Assembly (NCBI GenBank): GCA_965223845.1
Contig: CBDCXR010000004.1
Location: 2,496,001 to 2,560,000, forward strand
Direction of reading: 5' to 3'
Length of the DNA stretch: 64,000 nt
Source of the DNA: Planctomycetota bacterium
GTDB lineage: Bacteria > Planctomycetota > UBA8108 > SXIK01
A program made the translations under genes and the position numbers. Below, in pieces: positions 35,074-45,417 of the stretch. Position 1 is the stretch's first letter. Every line of letters starts with the position of its first letter. The notes below the pieces were generated by a model. The model searched no databases. It saw nothing but the letters and a program-made list of their open reading frames with translations, and was not told the origin of the DNA.

Positions 35074-38000
35074 GTGATCAGCGCGTTTTTGGGACTCCTG
35101 GTCGACTCGTCCCTCGCCGCCGCGTCGCCCGGCCGTCCGCCGACCGCTGGGTCGGATTCGTCGGCGCAAGCCGCTGACGAAGGTCGCCAAGACCGTCCTC
35201 GCGCGCGGCGCGATCGCGGGAGAGCGAAGCGGCGCGCCGACGGTCGACGGGATGCGAAACATCGGGACAGCGGTCAACCCGCCCCCGCGCGCGATCCGGA
35301 ATTCGAAAAGTACGCCATCGATCGCAAGACCTCTCCGCGCCCGGGTCCCGTCGAGCCCATCGCGACCCAGCTGCCTCTCGAGCTGAACTCCAAGGAACGC
35401 ATCGGATTCATCGGGAACACCCTCTTCGAAAGAGCTCAGCTCTTCGGTCAGTTCGAGACACTCGTCTACCAGCACCATCCGGCGCTCGATCTCATCGTCC
35501 GCAATTTCGCCTGGTCGGCCGACACACCGAATCTTCAGCCGCGGCCGGCGAACTTTGCCGACGTCGAACAGCATCTCACACACATCCGCGCCGATGTGAT
35601 CTTCGCCGCGTTCGGCTTCAACGAGTCGTTCGCCGGCCTCGAGGGTCTCACCGACTTTCGACGGAGTCTCTCTTCGTATCTTTCCGAACTCGCACGGAAA
35701 GCCTTCAACGGTCGCTCCGCACCTCGTATCGTTCTCGTCTCCCCCATCGCGAACGAAAACGTCGATGGAGTCGCCGCAGCCGATCTCAACAACGATCGCC
35801 TCGCCGCCTATGTCGAGGTGATGCGCGAGGTCGCCGCCGACCAGAACCTCGGATTCGCCGACGTCTTCAGCGAGACGCGGGCGGCGATGGCCGATCCCAA
35901 ATCGGATCTCACATTCAACGGTGTGCATCTCACCGAAGACGGCTACGCGTTGTTCGCGCGCGTTCTCTTCCGAGCGGTCTTCGGGCAAGATCCCCCATCG
36001 ATCGACGGTACGATCCGCCGCCTCGTCGTCGAAAAGAACCGGCAGTACTTCCGGCGCTACCGCCCTCTCAACACGTACTACTACACCGGTAACCGGAATC
36101 GGGCGTACGGCTATCTCGACTTTCTTCCGGCGATGCGAAGCTTCGAGATTCTCGTCGAGAATCGAGAGCGACGCATTTGGAAACTCGCCCGCGGCGAAGC
36201 CGTTCCACCGGAGATCGACGACTCAAACGTCCCGCCGCTCCCGCTCACGCGAGAGAATCGCGGCGCGAACCGTTGGATGTCGGCGAGCGACGAGCTCGAA
36301 AGCTTCAAGGTCGATCCGCGCTTCGAGGTAAACCTCTTCGCCGGCGAGGAGGAGTTTCCAGAAATCGCGGCGCCCGTCCAGATGCGTTGGGATTCACGCG
36401 GTCGTCTTTGGGTGGCTTGCTCGACGACGTATCCGCACGTCTACCCGGGGAACGAGCCCAACGATCGAATCGTCATTTTGGAAGACACCGACGGCGACGG
36501 ACGAGCGGACTCGTCGAGCGTCTTCGCCGACGACCTCCACGTTCCGCTCTCGTTCGAGTTCGGCGACGGCGGGGTCTACGTGTCGGAAGAGCCCCACCTC
36601 TCATTCATCAAGGATACAGACGGCGACGGGAAAGCCGACTTCCGCCGGCACGTCCTTACGGGCTTCGGCTGCGAAGACTCGCACCATGCACTCCACGATT
36701 TCATTTGGGCGCCAGACGGAGCGCTGATCTTTCGCGAGTCCATTTTCCACCATTCTCAGGTCGAGACACCCTACGGTCCCGTTCGACAGCAAAACAGCGG
36801 CTGGTTTCGCTTCGAGCCGGAACGGCATCGCCTGACGAGCTTTGGAACCTACCCGAGCACGAATCCCTGGGGAGTCACGTTCGATCGCTGGGGACAACAC
36901 GTTGCGAGCCATCCGATCTACGCGTCGGCGTTCCACGCCCTCGACCCGCCCTATCCAGAACAGCATCCCCGTCCCGCCGGGCTCCGCGCGTACTCGGGGA
37001 CCTGTGGACAGGAATTCGTCGACTTCACCACGTTTCCGGACGAGCTTGCCGGTCACTTCGTCAAGGCGCGCTACAAGCCGACGAATCGCATCGAGATCCA
37101 CCGTTGGGTCGAGGGCGAGTACGGCTACGACGAAGAGTACGTCGGCGATCTCATCTTTTCGTCGAACCTGAGCTTCATCCCTGTCGACATTCGCTTCGGA
37201 CCTCGCGGCGCGCTCTACATCTGCGATTGGTACAACCCGATCAAGGGCCACATGCAGTACTCGCTCCGCGACCGACGGCGAGACCGTCATTCGGGACGGA
37301 TTTGGCGCGTTACCGCCAAGGGGAAGCCGCTTCAGAATCCGCCAAAGATCTCCGGTGCTTCGGTCAACGAACTGCTCGAGATTCTGAAGCGCCCCGAATA
37401 CCGCTACCGGTACTGGGCCAAGCGCGAGCTCAGGGAACGTGAGGCCAGCGACGTGAAGCGGGCACTCGCGACTTGGGTGAACGGGCTCGACTCGGAGCAT
37501 CCAGAGTTTCTCAACCACCGCCTACAAGCGCTGTGGCTCTCGAGCAGCACGGGCGCGGTCGACGCCGAGATTCTCCGCTCGCTTCTTCGCTCCAGCGATC
37601 ACCGCGCGCGCGCGGCCGCCGTCCGCGAGCTCCGCTACTGGCACTCGCGACTTCCCGACGCGATCGATCTCCTTCGCCGCGCCGCCAACGATCCGATGGG
37701 AATCGTGCGCATGGAGGCCGCGATCGCTGCTTCCTACGTCGGCAGTCGGGCGGCGCTCGATGCGCTCCTCGATGTCGCAAAGCATCCGCGCGGCGGTCAC
37801 CTCGAATACGCATTCGCCTGCGCGCTCGGCTCGCACACGCTGCGCCCCCATTGGGAACGGAACTCTGACTACGCTCAGGTTCCGTCTCTCCTCCGCGCCG
37901 CGAAGGCAAAGCAGCGTCTGGTCGAGCCGGCCGCGAGCGCTCGAGACTCCGCGTTCGACAACCGTCCGGGCCTGAAGCGGATCGAGATCTCGTGCCTCCC

Positions 38001-38931
38001 CGAAAAGATGAAGTACACGGTCGAGCGCTTCACCGTGAAGACGAACCAAGCGGTGAAGCTCGTCTTCTCGAACCCCGATGCCACCGATCACAATCTCGTG
38101 ATCGTCCAGCCGGGCGCCCTCGAGGAAGTGGGCATGGCGGCGAACGATATGGCGCGCGACCCGAAGAACGCGAGTTCGGACTTCATTCCCGAAACGAAAC
38201 GCCATCTCATCGTCGAAGCGACACCGATGATCGGCCCCACGCGAAAGACGAAAGTTCACGTTCTCCGCTTCGAGGCTCCCGCCGAGCCGGGCGTGTACCC
38301 GTACGTGTGCACGTTCCCCGGACACTGGGTCGTCATGACCGGGGAGATGATCGTCGTCCGAAAGCTCGAAGATGTCAGCGCCCTTCTCGCGGCCCAGGAG
38401 AAGAAGTTCGTGCGCAATTGGACCCTGAGCGATTTCCCCGACGTGAACTCGACTGGCGATGAGCGGTCGGTCATGCGCGGCATGAAAGTCTTCGCTGACG
38501 CCCGCTGCAATCAGTGCCACGCCGTCGGTGGGCACGGGGCAAAGTTCGGCCCCGATCTCACCAAGATCGCGGAACGATTCAAAGGGAAGGAGCTTTTACG
38601 TCAGATCATCGAGCCGTCGAGCACCGTGAGCGACGCGAACCGGAGCTATCAAATCGTCACCGCGAGCGGCGATGTCGTCATCGGCTCGATCGTGAAGGAG
38701 ACCGAGACCGCACTCGAAATCGCGACGAACCTGCTCGATCCGAACTCCGTTGTGACAGTCGAAAAAAGCGACGTCGAAGAGAAGACCGCGGCGACGCAGT
38801 CGGCGATGCCCGAGGGGCTTCTCTCCGTTCTGACAAAGGAAGAGATCCTCGATCTCCTCGTTTTCCTCGAGGCCGGCGGGTATCAGTTGCCGCCCGAGCT
38901 CAAGAAGAACGGGCACAAGCATGATCACTAG
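35074..38931 (+). CDS. PVC-type heme-binding protein: SGNH-like + beta-propeller + HEAT + azurin-like Cu domain + cytochrome c
   Basis: FIGNTLFE/FGFNES/NGVHL (SGNH). WDSRGRLWV, EDTDGDGRAD, NPWG, DWYN. DHNLV..YVCTFPGHWVVM (type-1 Cu). CNQCH..GPDLT..SAMP. Start uncertain (GTG 34921, TTG 35062 or GTG 35074). Confidence 0.85.
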   Translation: MISAFLGLLVDSSLAAASPGRPPTAGSDSSAQAADEGRQDRPRARRDRGRAKRRADGRRDAKHRDSGQPAPARDPEFEKYAIDRKTSPRPGPVEPIATQLPLELNSKERIGFIGNTLFERAQLFGQFETLVYQHHPALDLIVRNFAWSADTPNLQPRPANFADVEQHLTHIRADVIFAAFGFNESFAGLEGLTDFRRSLSSYLSELARKAFNGRSAPRIVLVSPIANENVDGVAAADLNNDRLAAYVEVMREVAADQNLGFADVFSETRAAMADPKSDLTFNGVHLTEDGYALFARVLFRAVFGQDPPSIDGTIRRLVVEKNRQYFRRYRPLNTYYYTGNRNRAYGYLDFLPAMRSFEILVENRERRIWKLARGEAVPPEIDDSNVPPLPLTRENRGANRWMSASDELESFKVDPRFEVNLFAGEEEFPEIAAPVQMRWDSRGRLWVACSTTYPHVYPGNEPNDRIVILEDTDGDGRADSSSVFADDLHVPLSFEFGDGGVYVSEEPHLSFIKDTDGDGKADFRRHVLTGFGCEDSHHALHDFIWAPDGALIFRESIFHHSQVETPYGPVRQQNSGWFRFEPERHRLTSFGTYPSTNPWGVTFDRWGQHVASHPIYASAFHALDPPYPEQHPRPAGLRAYSGTCGQEFVDFTTFPDELAGHFVKARYKPTNRIEIHRWVEGEYGYDEEYVGDLIFSSNLSFIPVDIRFGPRGALYICDWYNPIKGHMQYSLRDRRRDRHSGRIWRVTAKGKPLQNPPKISGASVNELLEILKRPEYRYRYWAKRELREREASDVKRALATWVNGLDSEHPEFLNHRLQALWLSSSTGAVDAEILRSLLRSSDHRARAAAVRELRYWHSRLPDAIDLLRRAANDPMGIVRMEAAIAASYVGSRAALDALLDVAKHPRGGHLEYAFACALGSHTLRPHWERNSDYAQVPSLLRAAKAKQRLVEPAASARDSAFDNRPGLKRIEISCLPEKMKYTVERFTVKTNQAVKLVFSNPDATDHNLVIVQPGALEEVGMAANDMARDPKNASSDFIPETKRHLIVEATPMIGPTRKTKVHVLRFEAPAEPGVYPYVCTFPGHWVVMTGEMIVVRKLEDVSALLAAQEKKFVRNWTLSDFPDVNSTGDERSVMRGMKVFADARCNQCHAVGGHGAKFGPDLTKIAERFKGKELLRQIIEPSSTVSDANRSYQIVTASGDVVIGSIVKETETALEIATNLLDPNSVVTVEKSDVEEKTAATQSAMPEGLLSVLTKEEILDLLVFLEAGGYQLPPELKKNGHKHDH

Positions 38932-38948
38932 CGTCTAGGCTTCACGCG

Positions 38949-39077
38949 TTCCCGTTCCCGCTCCCGGCTCTGCGATGAGAGGGACACCGGTGAACCGAGA
39001 ATCTACCGGCGACGCGGCAGCTCCGGCCGGATCGCAGAGGAAGAGAAGATGAGGTTTGTCGGGAACGGGAACGGGAA
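38949..39077. repeat. Intergenic palindromic element with (GTTCCC)n/(GGGAAC)n arms, copy 1
   Basis: 38949-38966 pairs with 39060-39077 (17/18). 38968-38976 pairs with 39031-39039. 39036-39076 is the reverse complement of 45322-45362 (38/41). Confidence 0.8.
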
Positions 39078-39191
39078 TGGGTACCACGTCTGGAACCCGC
39101 CCCGCGAAAACGGCGTGCCGAACGCCCGCGTGACCTCCGATCCCAGGGGCGCCCGTAGAATCTCGGGTAAAGTACGGGATAAACTCGAGGA

Positions 39192-42100
39192 ATGTCCCCA
39201 GCCTCCTCATTTCTTCGGGCGACGATCGCCTGCGCACTCATCGCCGCCACCGCGCACGCGGACGCGCCATCCTTCCAGCGCGACGTCCGGCCGATACTGA
39301 GCCGATACTGCTTCGCGTGCCACGGACCGGACGAAGAGTCGCGCCAAGCTAAGCTCCGTCTCGACACCTTCGCCGGTGCGACCAACGATTTGGGCGGCCA
39401 ACGCGCGATTGCACCCGGCGCACCCGAGGCGAGCGAGCTTCTCCGTCGCGTCGCGGCGTTCGATCCCGCCGAGCGCATGCCGCCGCCCGAGTCGGGGAAG
39501 ACGCTCACTCGCGAAGAAGTGGACACTCTTCGCCGCTGGATCGCCGCCGGCGCAGAGTACGAGCGCCACTGGGCGTTCGTCGCTCCCGCGAGGCCTTCGC
39601 TCCCGGAGGTTTCTGATCCCTCGTGGCCGCGCGGGGCGATCGACCGATTCGTGCTCGCTCGGCTCGATGCTGCGGGTCTTCGCCCGTCTCCTCCGGCGGA
39701 TCGCTACACGCTCATTCGCCGCCTCTATCTCGATCTCCTCGGAGTGCCGCCGACACCCGCCGAGGCGGACGCGTTCGTACGCGATTCGCACCCCGATGCG
39801 TACGAGAAGCTCGTCGACGGACTCCTCGCGCGTCCCGAGTACGGCGAACGCTGGGCGAGGCGCTGGCTCGATCTCGCGCGCTACTCCGATACGAACGGCT
39901 ACGAGAAGGATCGCCCGCGCTCGATGTGGCCGTACCGCGACTGGGTGATCCACGCGTTCCTCCGCGACGCTCCGTTCGACGAGTTCACGATCGACCAGCT
40001 CGCAGGGGACATGGTGGAGCGCGGATCCCTAGAGCAGCGCGTCGCCACCGGATTCCATCGCAACACGATGCTGAACGAAGAGGGCGGAATCGACCCTCTC
40101 GAATACCGCTACTACGCGATGGTCGATCGCGTAGCGACAACGGGAACGACGTGGCTCGGCCTCACTCTCGGGTGCGCTCAGTGCCATACGCACAAGTACG
40201 ACCCGATCTCCCAAACGGACTACTACCGGTTTTTCGCGCTCCTCAACAACGCGGACGAGCCGGATCTCTCCGTTCCGGACGCGACGACCAGAGAGCGCCA
40301 GCGGGAGATCGATTCCGAGATCGCAACGCGCGAAGCGGAACTCGAGGCCGCGTTTCCGCCCGCGCCGGGCGCATCGTCGGGCGACGAGAGCGCGCGTCGC
40401 GCGCACTTCGATGCGAAGTTCTCCACGTGGCTCGAGTCCGAAGAAAAGCGCGCCGCCCCGTGGGAAATCCTCCGGCCCCACGCGATGGTTTCCAACCTCG
40501 CGCGGCTCGAAGTTCTTCCCGACGGATCGATCTTCGCGAGCGGAGATGCAACCAAGAGGGACGTCTACACGTTTCGAGTCCAGCTGGCGACGCTCCCGAA
40601 ACCGCTGACCGCGCTCCGCCTGGAGGTACTTCCCGATCCGCGTCTTCCCGACGGCGGGCCGGGCCGAGCCTACTACGAAGGCCGAAAGGGCGATTTCTTT
40701 CTGAGCGAGCTTCGAGCGTCCGTCGATGGCCGCCCGGCTCCGTTCAGCCGAGGAACCAAGAGTTACGGCAAGATTTCGATCGGCAGCGGAAGTGCCGACG
40801 CCCGGAACGTGTTCGACGGCGAGGGATCGACGGGCTGGTCGACGTCGGGGCGAGCGGGCGAAGCCCATCGCCTCGTCCTTCAATTTGATCGTCCGATCGA
40901 ATCCGGCGACGAGCTGAGTCTCGAGCTCCTCTTCGAAAGACACTTCGTCGCGAGCCTCGGACGGTTTCGCTTCGCCGTAACGTCGTCGCGGAGCGACGTG
41001 GCGGCGACCACGACTCCCCCCGAGATCGAGGCGATCCTCGCGCGCGACGCGTCGACTCGAACGGACGACGAGCGGGCACGCCTACGGCGACAGTTCGTCC
41101 GTGTCTCACCGGATCTCGCGGAAGCGCGAACCGCGATCGACGAGCTGCGGAAGCGCCGCCCGCGCCTTCCGACGACTCTCGTTCTCGAGGAGCGGCCTCC
41201 GGACCATCCTCGCCCGACCTTTCGACATCACCGCGGCGAGTTTCTCAGCCCGCGCGAGCGAGTTCGACCGGGCGTACCCGACGTCCTTCCCCCGCTCGCT
41301 TCGTCCCGTCCCCCCGATCGTCTCGCTCTCGCTGAATGGCTCGTCAGCCGTCGGCATCCGCTCACGCACCGAGTGACGGTCAACCGCAACTGGCAGTACT
41401 TCTTCGGCGCCGGGCTCGTCCGTTCGAGTGACGACTTCGGGACGCAGTCCGACCCTCCTACGCACCCCGAACTCCTCGACTGGCTCGCCGTCGAGCTCGT
41501 CGAGAGTGGCTGGTCGATCAAGGCGCTTCACCGAGAGATCGTTCTCAGCGCAACGTACCGGCAAAGTTCGCGAGTGTCGCCGGAGCTGCTCGAGCGCGAT
41601 CCAGAAAACCGGCTGCTCGCGCGCGGCGCCCGGTTCCGCGTCGACGGCGAAGTCGTGCGCGACATCGCGCTTCGAGCGAGCGATCTTCTCGTCTCCGCGA
41701 TCGGCGGCCCGAGTGTCCGTCCGCCGCAGCCTGCGAGCGTGACGGCCGTCGCCTACGGCGGAAAAGCCTGGAGCGCTTCGAAAGGCGCCGATCGCTTTCG
41801 GCGCTCGCTCTATACCTTCAGCAAGAGAACGGCACCGTTCGCAGCTTACTTGACGTTCGACGCGCCTTCGGGTGAGCAGTGCGTTTCGCGCCGCGATCGG
41901 AGCAACTCACCCCTTCAAGCCCTGACGCTTCTCAACGACGAAATGTTCCTCGAGTTCGCCCGAGCGCTGGCTAATTCCTGCGCGACCGCAGAATCACCGC
42001 GCGATCGCGCAATCGCGATCTTCCGCCGCGCACTCACGCGCCCGCCGACCGCACGGGAGCTCGAGTCGATTCTCGAGTACCATGCGAGGCAAAGAGCGCG

Positions 42101-42227
42101 ATTCGAAGCCGATGAGCTCGACGCAGAGAAGATCGCCGGCGACGGTGACGCGAGTGCATCCTTGGCGGCGTGGGTTCTCGTAGCACGCGTCGTTCTCAAC
42201 CTGGACGAGACGATCACGCGAGAATGA
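39192..42227 (+). CDS. PSD1/DUF1549-DUF1553 planctomycete cytochrome-c protein
   Basis: CFACHGPD, HWAF, YGERWARRWLDLARYSDTNGYEKD, CAQCHTHKYDP, PTHPELLDWLA, RRSLY, PLQALTLLN. Confidence 0.93.
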   Translation: MSPASSFLRATIACALIAATAHADAPSFQRDVRPILSRYCFACHGPDEESRQAKLRLDTFAGATNDLGGQRAIAPGAPEASELLRRVAAFDPAERMPPPESGKTLTREEVDTLRRWIAAGAEYERHWAFVAPARPSLPEVSDPSWPRGAIDRFVLARLDAAGLRPSPPADRYTLIRRLYLDLLGVPPTPAEADAFVRDSHPDAYEKLVDGLLARPEYGERWARRWLDLARYSDTNGYEKDRPRSMWPYRDWVIHAFLRDAPFDEFTIDQLAGDMVERGSLEQRVATGFHRNTMLNEEGGIDPLEYRYYAMVDRVATTGTTWLGLTLGCAQCHTHKYDPISQTDYYRFFALLNNADEPDLSVPDATTRERQREIDSEIATREAELEAAFPPAPGASSGDESARRAHFDAKFSTWLESEEKRAAPWEILRPHAMVSNLARLEVLPDGSIFASGDATKRDVYTFRVQLATLPKPLTALRLEVLPDPRLPDGGPGRAYYEGRKGDFFLSELRASVDGRPAPFSRGTKSYGKISIGSGSADARNVFDGEGSTGWSTSGRAGEAHRLVLQFDRPIESGDELSLELLFERHFVASLGRFRFAVTSSRSDVAATTTPPEIEAILARDASTRTDDERARLRRQFVRVSPDLAEARTAIDELRKRRPRLPTTLVLEERPPDHPRPTFRHHRGEFLSPRERVRPGVPDVLPPLASSRPPDRLALAEWLVSRRHPLTHRVTVNRNWQYFFGAGLVRSSDDFGTQSDPPTHPELLDWLAVELVESGWSIKALHREIVLSATYRQSSRVSPELLERDPENRLLARGARFRVDGEVVRDIALRASDLLVSAIGGPSVRPPQPASVTAVAYGGKAWSASKGADRFRRSLYTFSKRTAPFAAYLTFDAPSGEQCVSRRDRSNSPLQALTLLNDEMFLEFARALANSCATAESPRDRAIAIFRRALTRPPTARELESILEYHARQRARFEADELDAEKIAGDGDASASLAAWVLVARVVLNLDETITRE

Positions 42228-43735
42228 CGATGGCACCAGCTGAATCTCGAGCGACGGCGAACGCGATGGACTCCGCGATTTCCGACTCCGTCCTTCGCCC
42301 GATCACCAGGCGGCATTTCTACGCGCATTGTGGCGTCGGGCTCGGAAGGATCGCCCTCGCTTCACTCATTGCGCCTGGCGCGTCCCGTCGAGCGCACGGC
42401 GAGAGTGAACTCGCAGCCGTCCGCCGCGTCGAGGAACCGACGCGACCGAGAGGCACTCACTTCGCGCCTCGCGCCAAGCGCGTCATCTTCCTCTTCATGG
42501 GAGGGGCGCCGAGTCAGCTCGACCTCTTCGACCCGAAGCCGAAGCTCCGTGAGCTCGCCGGAAAGCCGCTTCCTCCGTCCGTGATCCGAGGCCAACGGTA
42601 CGCGTTCATTCAACCAGACGCGGCGGTATTGCCGCCGGCGTTCGAGTTCGCTCGCCACGGCGAGAGCGGCGTGGAGATCTCCAAGGTTCTCCCTCACACC
42701 GCAAGAATCGTCGACGACATCGCGATCGTTCGATCTCTCCACACCGATCAATTCAATCACGCTCCCGCGCAACTTTTTGCCAACACCGGAAACGCGATCC
42801 CCGGCCGCCCGAGCATCGGTTCGTGGCTCAGCTACGGCATCGGCTCGGAAGCGGACGATCTTCCGGCCTTCGTCGTCCTCCAGGGCGGAGGGAGCGTGAG
42901 CGGCGGCGCGGCGCTTTGGTCCGCCGGAGCTCTTCCGTCCGTTCACCAAGGCGTTCCGTTTCGCAGCCAAGGCGATCCCATCCTCCACGTCGCCCACCCG
43001 CGAGGCCTCGACTCGACCTCGCAGCGCGACGCGCTCGATCTCGTCGGGCGGCTCAATCGCGAACGTCTCGAGCTCGTGGGCGATCCGGAGATCGCAACGC
43101 GCATCAACGCCTACGAAATGGCGTATCGCATGCAATCGCGCGCACCCGAGCTGATGGACCTCTCGCGCGAGTCCGACGCGACGCTCGCTCTCTACGGCGC
43201 CGAGCGGGGCGGCTCCGGGTTCGCGAATCGTTGTCTCCTCGCGCGGCGACTCGCCGAGCGTGGCGTTCGATTCATTCAGATCTATCACTCCGGCTGGGAC
43301 CACCACAGCGACGTGGCCGGCGGGGTTCGCGCTCAGGCGCGACAGACGGATCGCGCTTCGGCGGCGCTCATCCTCGACCTCAAGCAGCGTGGGATGCTCG
43401 ACGACACTCTCGTCATCTGGGGCGGCGAATTCGGACGGACTCCGATGGTCGAAGCGAGCGCCGCGCTCGGCCGGAGCCGCGGTCGCGACCATCACCCGCA
43501 GGCGTTCACGATGTGGTTCGCCGGCGGCGGGATCCGTCCCGGAACCGTATTCGGGAAGACGGACGAGCTCGGCTTTCACGTGGCGGAGGATCCCGTGCAC
43601 GTCCGCGACGTGCATGCGACGCTCCTCCACCTGATGGGTCTCGACCACGAACGACTCTCGATCCGGAATCGCGGACTCGATGTGCGCCTCACGGGCGTCG
43701 AACCCTGTCGAGTCGTCAGCGAAATCCTCGCCTGA
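42224..43735 (+). CDS. DUF1501-family protein
   Basis: TRRHF Tat-like motif, AKRVIFLFMGGAPSQLDLFDPKP, FNHAPAQ, CLLARRL, GWDHH, WGGEFGRTP, GRDHHP. ATGA overlap with the upstream gene. Confidence 0.92.
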   Translation: MTMAPAESRATANAMDSAISDSVLRPITRRHFYAHCGVGLGRIALASLIAPGASRRAHGESELAAVRRVEEPTRPRGTHFAPRAKRVIFLFMGGAPSQLDLFDPKPKLRELAGKPLPPSVIRGQRYAFIQPDAAVLPPAFEFARHGESGVEISKVLPHTARIVDDIAIVRSLHTDQFNHAPAQLFANTGNAIPGRPSIGSWLSYGIGSEADDLPAFVVLQGGGSVSGGAALWSAGALPSVHQGVPFRSQGDPILHVAHPRGLDSTSQRDALDLVGRLNRERLELVGDPEIATRINAYEMAYRMQSRAPELMDLSRESDATLALYGAERGGSGFANRCLLARRLAERGVRFIQIYHSGWDHHSDVAGGVRAQARQTDRASAALILDLKQRGMLDDTLVIWGGEFGRTPMVEASAALGRSRGRDHHPQAFTMWFAGGGIRPGTVFGKTDELGFHVAEDPVHVRDVHATLLHLMGLDHERLSIRNRGLDVRLTGVEPCRVVSEILA

Positions 43736-43868
43736 GCCGGTCTCGGATCGCTCTCCGACCTGGACGCGACGTGACGAGTCGGCGAGAATGCGCCTGACGC
43801 CCGCGAGACGGCTCGGTCTCGTGGGAAAGCCCGAACCGCACGGTGGAGAGAGCCGCGGGAGAGTGCGC

Positions 43869-45308
43869 ATGATCGAGCGGAATCGCGAAATGGAATCCGC
43901 CACGGGATCGCGAGTGAGCATTCGCTCCTCGCTCCTCAGTCGAAGGGGAGTGCTTTCGATCGGAGCCGGCGCGTTCGGATTGTCGCTCTCCGGCCTGCTC
44001 CGCGCCGACGCTCGACGCGAAACGAGCGTTCCACCCGGGGGCGGTGCACGACCGATCGCACCGCGCGCGAAATCGGTCATCGTTCTCTACTTGAACGGCG
44101 GCCCGTCCCAGCTCGACATGTGGGATATGAAGCCGGAGGCGCCGCGCGAAATTCGCGGGACGTTCTCACCGATCCCGTCGAACGTGCCGGGGATTCAGGT
44201 CTGCGAGCACATGCCCCGGATGGCGCAGCTCGCGAATCGCTACACGATCGTCCGGTCGATGAGCCACTCGGAGTCGGACCACCTCCGCGCCGGTTACTGG
44301 GTGATGACCGGTGGACGACTCACGCGGCCGATCGATGCGTTTTCGAGCATGGAACGAAGCGACCGCCCGCACTTCGGGTCGATCGTCTCCCGTGTTCGAC
44401 CGTCGAGCGGCCTTCCGTCGTTCGTCGTTCTTCCCGAGTACGTCTCACCGCGAGGACCGGCGAGACCCGGCCAGCACGGGGGGTTCTTGGGCAGCCGACA
44501 CGATCCGTACGCTATTCTCAGCGATCCCAATCTTCCGAATTATTCGCCCGGACCGATTCGCGACGGCCAGACGACGTCGCTTCCGCGCTGGCGAAGTCGG
44601 CGCTCTCTCCTTCACTCGTTCGAGGACGCATCACGCACCGCGCTCACGAACGGCGAGGACTACGACCAGTTTCGCGCGAAGGCTCTCGATCTCGTCGCAT
44701 CGGGAGCAGCGAGGCGCGCGTTCGACCTCTCCGATGAATCCGATCGAACGAGAAACCGGTACGGTCGTCACGTCTTCGGCCAATCGGTGCTCGTCGCACG
44801 CCGGCTCGTCGAGGCGGGCGTCCGCATCGTTCAGGTCAACTTTGTCCGGAACGACGACGGAAAGGGAGGCCAAGGCTACGACTCCCACAGCTCTCCGCCC
44901 AATCCGCCCCACCTCTCCTGGGCGAAGAAGGAGCTACTCCCTCCGACCGACGCGGCCTTCGCCGCGCTCATCGAGGATCTCGTCGATCGCGGCCTACTCG
45001 ATGAAACACTCGTCGTCCTCATGGGAGAGTTCGGACGAACGCCAAAATTCAACGCGAACGGCGGACGCGACCACTGGCCGGACTGCTACAGCCTCGTCCT
45101 AGCGGGCGGAGGAGTCGCGGGCGGACACGTCTACGGCGCCTCGGACCCGATCGCGGCGAAGCCCACTCGAGATCCGGTGTCTCCCGACGATCTCCTCGCG
45201 ACGGTCTATCACCTCCTCGGAGTCGACCACCGCGCGGAGATTCACGATCTACTCGACCGGCCGCATCTCACGGTGGACGGTGAGCCGGTGCGCGGGCTTC
45301 TCAGCTAG
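43869..45308 (+). CDS. DUF1501-family protein (second subtype)
   Basis: LSRRGVL, AKSVIVLYLNGGPSQLDMWDMKP, ARRLVEAGV, GEFGRTP, GRDHWP. Start 43869 or 43890. Confidence 0.92.
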   Translation: MIERNREMESATGSRVSIRSSLLSRRGVLSIGAGAFGLSLSGLLRADARRETSVPPGGGARPIAPRAKSVIVLYLNGGPSQLDMWDMKPEAPREIRGTFSPIPSNVPGIQVCEHMPRMAQLANRYTIVRSMSHSESDHLRAGYWVMTGGRLTRPIDAFSSMERSDRPHFGSIVSRVRPSSGLPSFVVLPEYVSPRGPARPGQHGGFLGSRHDPYAILSDPNLPNYSPGPIRDGQTTSLPRWRSRRSLLHSFEDASRTALTNGEDYDQFRAKALDLVASGAARRAFDLSDESDRTRNRYGRHVFGQSVLVARRLVEAGVRIVQVNFVRNDDGKGGQGYDSHSSPPNPPHLSWAKKELLPPTDAAFAALIEDLVDRGLLDETLVVLMGEFGRTPKFNANGGRDHWPDCYSLVLAGGGVAGGHVYGASDPIAAKPTRDPVSPDDLLATVYHLLGVDHRAEIHDLLDRPHLTVDGEPVRGLLS

Positions 45309-45317
45309 GTTCGAGTT

Positions 45318-45380
45318 CAGATCCCGTTCCCGTTCCCGACAAACTTCATCTTCTCCTCCCCTTCGTCGGGACGGGATCTG
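45318..45380. repeat. Palindromic (GTTCCC)n element, copy 2, between convergent genes
   Basis: 45318-27 pairs with 45371-80 and 45335-40 pairs with 45365-70. Shares 38/41 nt with copy 1 in inverted orientation. Confidence 0.8.
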
Positions 45381-45417
45381 CGCGCTGCAGGCGCTTCCGA
45401 CCGTGGACCCGTCGAGC

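Noticed and set aside
38949-39077. CRISPR array or tRNA at the GGGAAC repeats
   Set aside because: Only short hexamer runs. There is no repeat-spacer periodicity, cas gene or cloverleaf.
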